Of a stretch of 64,000 bases of DNA, positions 57,518-64,000 are shown one piece after another. The notes below the pieces were generated by a model that was not told where the DNA came from, made no database searches, and saw nothing but the letters and a program-made list of their open reading frames with translations. The translations under genes and the position numbers were made by a program. Source of the stretch: Octopus vulgaris (lineage: Eukaryota); the NCBI GenBank assembly GCA_951406725.2, contig OX597817.1, positions 74,524,001 to 74,588,000 of the forward strand, read 5' to 3'. Within the stretch, counting starts at the first letter, position 1; every line of letters starts with the position of its first letter.

Positions 57518-60500
57518 ACATGTGTGTGTCTGTGTTTGTCCTCCTGCTGTCACTTGGCAACCGATGCTAGTGTGTTTATGTCTCTGTAACTTAGCAGTTC
57601 AGCAAAAGTGACTGGTAGAATAAGTACTAGGCTTACAAAGAATAAGTCCTGCAGTCAATTTCTTCAACTAAAATCCTTTAAGGTGGTACTCGATCATGGC
57701 TGCAGTCATATGACTGAAACAGGTAAAAGAATAAAAGAACATCTCAAAATTCTATCATTCATACTTCATAAGCCATTATGAGACATGAAATTGTTTTCTT
57801 TTTATTAACCCTTTTGTTACCATATTTCTGTTGAATTGCTCTGTGTTTCTTCCAAATAATTTTAAATATAACAAAGAATTTAGTAAAATAACTTAGTTAT
57901 CATTAAGCTAGTGTTAGGAACTTAAATTGCAGCTAAGGTTTGGTGGAAGATTTTAATTGAGAACTTTTAAAAACAAAACATTTTTACTACAGAGCCAGAA
58001 GTGGTTTCAGCCAGGTTGGTATCAAAAGGGTTAATGTTATGATTTGTTTATTGTTTATAATTTTATATTTATGCCTTATTCTTTATTTATAGTGAAGAAG
58101 ATGATGAAATTGTTGAATGTGATAATTGTGGTGTATCTGTTCATGAGGGTAAGGGCTATATTCTTGCATTTTTTTAAATGTATTTTTTAATGTATCTACT
58201 AGTAAATCTGTCTGGAGATTATAGAGCCAGATAGGGGCTTATCTAGGCTTCTTAAAAAAATGGGAAACTGGAAGCCATTCTTGTTCTACCTTGTAGAATG
58301 TCTCTCAAAGGGAGAAAGTATATATTTGTCTTGACTATTAAAGATGAGTACTTCCTCTCACATTTTATGCAAAATTTTATAAAACTTTTCGAGTGTATTT
58401 ACATTTTCTAGCTATATTTTAATGAATAAGCTTATTTTAATGCACTGACTCTTCTGTAGTTTAAATTGATTACATATTAAAATAATCTGAAAATAAATAA
58501 GTGGATCTTGAAACAACAGCAGAGTGAAGCTTTGGCTTCAAGCAAATGAATAAAATTTTGATGTCTTGCAGCTGACTTAGACACCCATAGGATTATTCAC
58601 TGTCTTTCCAACAACAACGTAGGCTATGTTTTTTGAATTCAGCATCTCAACCATTCATGGGTATACTTATGAAATCAAAAGACAACACAGCACCATGACT
58701 TTCAGAAACCACTTTTTCACAATCAGATTCGTTGGAGTATGGAATATACTACCAGCATCAGTTAACAGCTGTCAGAATACTGCATCCTTCAAAAATTCCA
58801 TGCTTTCCAGAACTCAGTGCTCTTGACATACCTATGCACCATTTCCTCATTTTATGGTTTTTTTATTGTTCACTTTTCTGTCTTTTTATGGTATCCTGAA
58901 TACTATGCACATATCATCAACCACTAAAGGACATGCTTAACTGGTTATGGTCAAGCAAATATGTAGTATTGAGGGAAATATTTGATGTAGCCCATCTTTT
59001 ACACCAAGGCAAAGCATGTACATGATAACAGTTCCAATCAGTTAAGATCTGAAACCTTGAGAGCCACTGCCTGGTATTCCATCTATTATTATTATTATTA
59101 TCAGGAGGTGCAATGGCCCAGTGGTTAGGGCAGCGGACTCGCAGTCATAAGATCGCGGTTTCGATTCCCAGACCGGGCGTTGTGAGTGTTTATTGAGCGA
59201 AAACACCTAAAGCTCCACGAGGCTCTGGCAGGGATGGTGGTGATCCCTGCTGTACTCTTTCACCACAACTTTCTCTCACTCTTACTTCCTGTTTCTGTTG
59301 TACCTGTATTTCAAAGGGCCGGCCTTGTCACTCTCTGTGTCACGGTGAATCTACCCGAGAACTACGTTAAGGGTACACGTGTCCGTGGAGTGCTCAGCCA
59401 CTTACACGTTAATTTCACGAGCAGGCTGTTCCATTGATTCGGATCAACCGGAACCCTCATCGTCGTAACCGACGGAGTGCTTCCATTATTATTATCATTA
59501 TTATTATTACCTCTGCCTTAGCGAAGGTGGAGGTATTGTTTTCAGTCGTGTTTATTTGTCTGTGGACAAGATATCTCCAGAACTGCTGGATGGATTTGGA
59601 TGAAACTTTCAGAGATGTTTGACCTTGTGACTAGCACGAACTGATTAGATTTGGGGATCAATCCGATACCAGACAAGGATTCTGGATTATTTGGTATATT
59701 TATTTTACATGAAGTATTACGATCTTACATTGATTTTCAAGGCTTTCCCTGATTATCTCCCGTGAAAGCTCGCCCGTGGTTTCCACATAAGTTATGATGG
59801 TGTTGCTGTTTCCAAAGTTTTATTTTCGTTTCTCTGTTATTAATTTTACTCATGTTTCTATCTTAGTAGAAACTGATGGATAAAGAAATCAAACTACATA
59901 AACAAACGGCAGCAAAATCATTCAGAAATTAAATAACACTAACATATTCAGTAATAGTAATAAATTTAATTTATCCTTGACAATTTTTAGTTTTACCAAT
60001 TTTGAATATATCGCTCCTGTTTAAACCTTCTCACTTACTTGACAGTTGCATTTCTAGCTCTACCCTGAAGGAAGTTTTACTTCTTGGACTCGTGTTTTTG
60101 TGCACAATGATGTTGTTAAACCTCTGTTAATAGCACTGTATGCAGGTCCTTTCCGTTTTCTTTCACATACGGATAAATGTTTCACTATAGACTTTAATGG
60201 TCGTAAAAACACTATATCAGTGAATAGACTTAAAGAGTCCTTCATAGAGAAAATTGTCCCTGTTCCCACCACAGATGACACACACATAGCATTACAAACA
60301 CAGCCTGCACACCTACCTTCACATTCCATGATTACCATTGGGATCAGTCTGGTACCAGACAAGGATTCTGGATTATTTTTCTGGTTTTTTTACTTAATTT
60401 TTGAGAGTGGTCGGGTTTGTTTTTAGTATTTCGTGTTTGAGAGAGCAGTCGAGTATATTTCAGATATTCTCATTTTAAAAATCATCTCCGGTTAATTGTT

Positions 60501-62384
60501 GAGAGGGCGTTGGTGTAGCCTTGGCGGAGGTTTATGCTCTCTGAGTGCTCTTGTTGTTATTATTATAATGTAATTGTTGTTGTGGCTTTGTTTTATTATG
60601 AATGATCTTATATTTACAAAGGAATTTTATGACTTAAACTTTCTGTATTGATTATGTCAACAAAAATTTGTTCACTGCAGGTTGTTATGGAATTAGTGAT
60701 AACCAGTCTGCTGCAAGCACAGAATCATCTGCAAGTACAGAACCTTGGTTTTGCGATGCTTGTAAAGCTGGTGTTAAACCTGTAAGTAGTCACGAAACTT
60801 AGATTTTGGGTTTTGTCTTTTATAATGTGTTGATATACAAACAAAAGAAAAAATAAATATACTTGATGCTTGTAACTCCAAATACTTAATGTTTATAATA
60901 TCGTAAAATTCATTCATTTTTAATGGTTAAGGATTCATTCTGGGGTTACCCTGAGTTTCCTGTGTCAGATGTCAGGTGTGAACATTGAAGCAGGAAAAAA
61001 GCAAGGCTTTAGATTCAAACAAAGGAATACTTGTGTGTGTGACACATAAATATGTGTGTGTGGATGTATGTATATCATCATTTTAATGTCCACATTTCTG
61101 TGCTTGTATGGGTCAGAAGGGATTCATTGAAGTAGATTTTCTACAACTTGATTCTTGTCACTAACCCTTGTCTGTTTCACTGCAAAGTAACATTTCTCCA
61201 TGATCAGAAATGTTTTTTTGCAGAGGAATAGAAAGGAATGACACTCATTTGCAACCATCACACAATATCAAGACAAGGGGACACACACACACACACCTGT
61301 CTAGCAAATTTACTTAGAAAGTTTTAATCAGCCAAAGGATATAATAGAATGCATTTGCTCAAGTTGCCATACAATGGAATTGAACCTGAAACCACATAGT
61401 TGGGAAGCAAGCTTCTTAACCGCATAACCATGCCTATGTGAATATATGTATGTATGTATGTATTTATGCATATGCAGACAGACAGGTGCGCACGCACACA
61501 CACACACATTATGTGCATGGAAAAGTGGATGTTAAAACAATGAGGAGGAATCCCTGAGAAGTGCATGCAGAGAAATGTATTCTGTGAGCTCATTTTGCAA
61601 ATTATTTCAATAACAGGTGACAGCAAACTTGTCGTCACAGCTGGGATTTCAATGGCCACATTGGGCAACATAAGAACGTTTTGTTCAGGTATGATAAACA
61701 GCTTAATGTTTATCATACCTGAGTATGGTATGCTGTATTTATGAGTCTTATTAGTGGGAACACCAATAAGGCTCACAAATGCATATCATATTGGTTACAA
61801 ATTTGACACAAGGCCCGCAGTTTTGGGAGACAGGACTAGTCAATTACATTGACCCTGGTGCTCAACTGGTACTTATTTTATCAGCCCTAAAAGAATGAAA
61901 GGCAAAGTTGACTTTCGCTGAATTTGAACTTGGAACAAAGTTGGGTGAAATGCTGCTAAGCATTTTGCCCAGCATGCTAACAATTCTGCCAGCTTGCTGC
62001 CTTAATACATCATATCATATTAAATAGCATTTAAGCATAAAGTGGGCAGTTAGTACTGATGAGAATAATTATCAATGACCATAAGTAATGGGACAGTAGA
62101 TTTGCAGAATCAATAGAGCATCAGGTAAATTACCTAGTGGTATTTAAGTCTCATTATATTCTGAGTTCATATCTTGCCTATGTCAACTTTACCTTTCTCC
62201 TTCCAATATCCATAAAATATATTTTTTGTTTTAACCCATAAATCTTTTTCTAAGATAAAAGATTTGCAAGATGAAAAGAAATTAACCCTTTTTTATTTTT
62301 GTTTCTTTAATCTTTCCCTGCCTGATAGAGTTGCGAATTATGTCCAAACTATGGTGGAATTTTTAAAGAAACAGATGCAGGCAA
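29917..62384 (+). CDS. PHF14: PHD finger protein 14, exons 1-7 (gene continues beyond the window)
   Basis: Exons 29917-29980, 50642-50764, 52835-53103, 54754-54851, 58093-58148, 60681-60781 and 62329-62384 are phase-compatible. They encode [10 protein letters not shown]...DDSEDDSDF, an acidic tract, then [34 protein letters not shown]...[34 protein letters not shown] (PZP module). Exon 1 is the least certain, and a small extra exon in intron 1 cannot be excluded. Confidence 0.92.
31310..31870 (+). mobile_element. Second Tigger/pogo transposase remnant (DDE region)
   Basis: Fragments translate to [45 protein letters not shown] and TLKDYWK, degenerate forms of the DNAPAH and FLPPNTT...QPMDQ motifs. 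Confidence 0.75.
32532..33206 (+). repeat. Near-identical 283 bp direct repeat (period 392 bp) at the RTE 5' end
   Basis: 32532-32814 matches 32924-33206; both begin CCGGTCGATGCCCGCAGCAAG and end CCGCCATCGGCGGT. Confidence 0.93.
33219..33439 (+). repeat. 34 bp minisatellite (about 5 copies) followed by a 24 bp unit (2 copies) in the RTE 5' UTR
   Basis: GAACACTGTT recurs at 33241, 33275, 33309 and 33343; CATCTACACCGGATACGCCCTACT occurs twice. Confidence 0.9.
33868..37134 (+). CDS. RTE ORF: AP-like endonuclease + reverse transcriptase with internal PHD finger
   Basis: Endonuclease motifs [27 protein letters not shown] and QHRLI; RT motifs [34 protein letters not shown] and LYADDL; C4HC3 finger at 36232-36363; RTE C-terminus RRLRWYGHV...[10 protein letters not shown]. 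Confidence 0.93.
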   Translation: MVRLEERSKEKYHENYHHHNNPPLLRRRIPPSPHISFPVFRVGTINVGTLTGKSSEIVEMLERRQVDVCCIQEVRWRDASARVLTGKALRYKLYWQGNAEGVGGVGILLAEEWVDKVIEVVRVCDRVLKLRLVLQSGTAMIISAYAPQAGLPNDQKDNFYDTLLQATSKTSNKDLIFVGGDFNGHVGRESGIFTGVHGGYGIGTRNDEGTRLLEFCDACNLSICNTNFKKPVCHLITYQSGDSASQIDFILTRQRDAGLLLNIKTLPGEECIPQHRLIISDFKLEARRTPRNKPIQKRRIWRLKNPSHGQKFRDILIKKFDEREEELQTSDIEGSWEFLRDSLLSATDQVCGWCKVPSRPRITWWGNSAVDKAICEKRRAWKAWKDGGSRELYQIAKREAGRQVYIAKDVAEKKKFANVQRREDQRAEVFQIARQCVRENSDVIGEKCVRMDDGALAFTTSEKKEAWRSHYERLLNEENEWEEESLPNVDPVEGPATRIDSSLVDKAIKDMKPGKAPGLSGITAEMLKTAGYVGYAIVTRIVNQVVHNGVIPNDWCSSTIVNCYKGKGDALDRNNYRGIKLLDQVMKVSEKVITNLIRERICLDEMQFGFVPGRSTTDAIFLVRQLQEKYLAKDKPLYIAFVDLEKAFDRVPRSLIWWSMRKLEIEEWLIRAVQALYREAVSKVRIGNEYSEEFRVEVGVHQGSALSPLLFIIVLQAITEEFKTGCPWELLYADDLALIAESLPELEEKFRVWKQGLESKGLRINVAKTKVLVSSKRYSAHTPSGRWPCSTCRKGTGRNSIRCTQCKLWTHKRCSNIKGKLTDKIAFMCGRCTGTIDTTDTQKTDSITLQGEKLEVVDSFRYLGDQVSSGGGCTENITTRIRIAWAKFRKLLPLLATKGLSLRAKGRLYDACVRTAMLHGNETWAVTAEDMRRLERNEASMIRWMCSVSVHARQSVSILREMLDIRSIRCGVQERRLRWYGHVLRMDEERCVKKCHSQTVEGIRGRGRPRKTWDEVVKHDLRALGLTEAMAKDRDLWRYAVTTKTRAAFCSNSTYPLPILSTPDPQSTLDPQSTPIPKVPRTSLPPCR
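38735..39369 (-). mobile_element. Non-autonomous Helitron
   Basis: The minus strand starts A|TC and ends with hairpin CCCGAGC-AAC-GCCGGG then CTAG|T; internal tandem repeats of GCATTAAAATGGA...GTAGACTCAT. Confidence 0.8.
39385..39820 (-). mobile_element. mariner transposase remnant (internally deleted)
   Basis: The minus strand reads [11 protein letters not shown]...[20 protein letters not shown]...[15 protein letters not shown], including the mariner WVPHEL motif. Confidence 0.8.
40651..40895. mobile_element. Penelope-like inverted terminal-repeat pair
   Basis: Arms 40651-40714 and 40762-40825 are near reverse complements and enclose the hammerhead motif; inverted pLTR arrangements are typical of PLE insertions. 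Confidence 0.6.
40681..40752 (-). ncRNA. Type I hammerhead ribozyme motif (Penelope-like pLTR)
   Basis: Minus strand GGCCA-GATAA-CTGAAGA-GATG..GTGG-ATTT-CCAC..CATC-C-GAAA-CT-AGG-AG-TT-TTATC-A-TGGCC: 10 bp stem I, complete core, long stem II, minimal stem III and a GUU cleavage triplet. Confidence 0.75.
41363..43440 (-). mobile_element. 5'-truncated RTE LINE, second subfamily, with RT + PHD ORF 43424-42147
   Basis: 425 aa ORF colinear with the first RTE (YADD, intact PHD ligands), a longer modular 3' UTR and a (GAT)n tail at about 41363. Confidence 0.93.
43445..43890 (+). mobile_element. Penelope-like 3' remnant with degenerate hammerhead at 43736-43768
   Basis: GIY-YIG-like C-terminus ([12 protein letters not shown] across a frameshift), then TTGAAGA-CTCCAC-TAGA-GTGGAC-GAAA-GCGC-TA. 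Confidence 0.5.
43895..45846 (+). mobile_element. 5'-truncated CR1-type LINE (RT, frameshifted)
   Basis: ORFs contain [48 protein letters not shown] and DYCSQLWSP; there is a 3' stem-loop and an A-rich tail. Confidence 0.9.
45847..46456. repeat. Compound (TA)n/TACATG microsatellite with embedded Helitron ends
   Basis: Directly visible; similar compound tracts lie at 32410-32531, 40075-40200, 48304-48545 and 49630-49790. Confidence 0.9.
46458..47672 (-). mobile_element. Non-autonomous Helitron
   Basis: CTAG 3' terminus at 46458-46461, and a (GACA)n tract next to a TCTATATATA-type 5' end. Confidence 0.7.
47826..48303 (+). mobile_element. RTE 3' UTR fragment with four GGTGGCACRTAAAA modules
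   Basis: Matches the 3' UTR at 37135-37379 and ends GGACGTTAAAC(GAT)n. Similar 3'-end fragments lie at about 913-1095(-), 4075-4255, 10340-10505, 15875-16015(-), 18290-18437, 37392-37541(-), 37557-37710(-), 47697-47745, 50770-51225(-) and 57205-57465(-). Confidence 0.85.
48563..49629 (-). mobile_element. 5'-truncated RTE LINE, same subfamily as 41363-43440
   Basis: Frameshifted C-terminal ORFs ([13 protein letters not shown]; [11 protein letters not shown]), the matching 3' UTR and a GAT tail. Confidence 0.9.
50050..50406 (-). mobile_element. Non-autonomous Helitron-like element
   Basis: Terminal palindrome TAGCACTATGACCCGGCA-T-TGCCAGGTCATACTGCTA, and a TCTCTATATATAA-type opposite end. Confidence 0.6.
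56342..57203 (-). mobile_element. Tc1/mariner DD37D (maT) transposon remnant
   Basis: ORF 56944-56630 reads WQPDSAPCH...[12 protein letters not shown] with exactly 37 residues between the last two Asp. Degenerate TA-flanked ends: TATAAAGGGT... and ...ACCCTCTATA. Confidence 0.8.
57805..58034. mobile_element. piggyBac-type MITE
   Basis: TTAA|CCCTTTTGTTACCA ... TGGTATCAAAAGGG|TTAA. Related copies lie at about 8863-9030, 23896-24078, 24078-24281, 26697-26895, 55680-55800 and 62472-62660. Confidence 0.8.
58560..58826 (+). mobile_element. CR1-like LINE C-terminal remnant
   Basis: Reads HGYTYEIK...[17 protein letters not shown]...SFKN, typical of the CR1 ORF2 end. Confidence 0.6.
59102..59484 (+). 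mobile_element. tRNA-derived SINE in (ATT)n
   Basis: Head and body match the SINE at 17375; the different tail also occurs reversed at 20695-20790. Confidence 0.82.
59507..60552 (+). mobile_element. Helentron-type non-autonomous element (HINE) carrying a Gypsy integrase fragment
   Basis: 5' TTACCTCTGCC pairs with subterminal GGCGGAGGT, followed by a 3' hairpin (GCTCT-CT-GAGTGC); internal GPY/F-domain ORF at 60100-60250. Confidence 0.65.
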
Positions 62385-62690
62385 GTAAGTATAACCAAAA
62401 TATAATTTCTGCTATCCTTAATCTCACTTCTAGATTTTCTTCATTTTATTTTCTTTATCAATAAAACAAACTAACCCTTTAGCATCCGGATTACTCTGTC
62501 AAATGTGATGCTTATTTATTCACATTGTTTTGAATGAATCATGCGTTATTTCATAGCTTTGAGATTTCAGTGGTGTGATTGCTTAGCTTTAGAATGACAC
62601 TGTAAGGTTGGTGTGAGAGGCTAAATCTGGCCAGTTTGAACATAAAACAGAATATCTTGGCTGGATATATATGCTATATATCCTATGTAC

Positions 62691-62899
62691 CAGTGGTTCT
62701 CAGCCATTTTTGTCCTATAGACTGCTTTAATTCCTATTTTACTGTACTAGATCCTCAATGTTTAAAAGAATCTTATATTTTTATACTTAAATAGTATTAA
62801 TAATTGTTGTTAAAATATATTTTTTATTTTTGAAGTATAACCAATTATTGCAGATAAATTTTAACAAAATCTCATATGGACCCTGGTTGAGAACCACTG
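62691..62899. mobile_element. hAT/Charlie-type MITE
   Basis: TIRs CAGTGGTTCTCAGCC ... GGTTGAGAACCACTG; the TSD is degraded. Confidence 0.65.
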
Positions 62900-64000
62900 C
62901 TACAAGTCCTGTTGTTATTTATGTCCACTATGCAACTTAGGTTTTATTGTACCCTAGTCTGTTGGTGACCCCTTTGACCCTGTATATATTTCTGTTGTAT
63001 AATATAATTTGTATGTATCCCTGTTGGCATATATACATGTATATAGTTGGTATATTTGTAGATGATTCAGTTGCAATGTCTACGTATCAAAAAATAGTAT
63101 GCATTTGTTCAGAGTTAGTTTCAGTCTACAGAACTCTGGGTTATGAGCCCAGCTTACTTGTACTATGCCTCTCTGCACAGGTGATTAAGTAACTATATAA
63201 TGTATTATTTCTTAAATTACCCATTCTTGGTTACATTACTTCTATCACATCATCCATCATGTGTCATTTATTTATTCTTCATTTCTATACATTGGATTGT
63301 TTCAAATAACCGTGTAGAATCTACACAGTTGCTCAACCTGATTTATAAAATTTAGCCAGGTCTCTTCAGACACAGGAAGTCATTAACTTGCAATGTTTAA
63401 AGTAAATTTACAACTTTTGTCTTCCTTCATTTTTTATCATTTCACTATTAAAAGCCTATACAATCCGTTTTTTGAGTAAAATTTATAAATTATCCTCTAG
63501 GTTAAGTTAGTTTAGTAGTGATACCTCACTTGCTATTTAGGTAGGTACTAGGCATAACTACTACTTAAAAAGGGATGCTACAAAAAAAGTGGTTAAGAAC
63601 CACTGATAAATAGTAACTATACAATACATACTGTTGCACTGAAATGTTAATCTACTTACTCCGAGAGTTACATTTAACAAACCTCATGCAAATTCTTCTG
63701 TGTCTTTCACTTTTTGCTGTTTTCCAATCAGCCAGAAGCATATCAATTCTATAAATGTTTTCCTATTGCAGCATAGCTAGTGAATTTCTAGTCTATATAC
63801 TATAAAAATATCTTTTTTTTTTAGTGTGCTATAAAAAATATCTGATTGTTTTATTTTATTTATTTATTTCCATATTAAACTTATTTCAAATACCACAGTG
63901 TTAATTTTATTTTTCCATCCCCCTAATGATAGATAAAAAGCCCAATTAAGATGATACCAGAGTAGATTCAAGTCATTTTGACTATTTCTCCTGGGAATCA

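Overview
AT-rich, microsatellite-rich animal genomic DNA. The SINE/RTE repeat content suggests an octopod cephalopod (inference). Four spliced genes, mostly missed by the ORF track, can be rebuilt from GT-AG exons and form two tight head-to-head pairs: PSMA2(-, 5 exons, 3' end outside the window)/MRPL32(+, complete) with ATGs 229 bp apart, and NDUFA4(-, complete)/PHF14(+, 7 exons, continues beyond the window) with ATGs 340 bp apart. Most of the remaining sequence is transposon-derived, densest in the 20.7 kb first intron of PHF14. That intron holds an apparently full-length RTE LINE whose reverse transcriptase carries an inserted PHD finger, antisense RTE copies, a CR1-type LINE, Penelope-type ends with hammerhead ribozymes, Helitrons, and Tigger and mariner remnants. 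Elsewhere there are Tigger, DD37D and Helentron remnants, piggyBac and hAT MITEs, and modular tRNA-SINEs whose 3' tails match either the RTE or the CR1 LINE found in the same window. All family assignments come from motif recognition; no searches were run.
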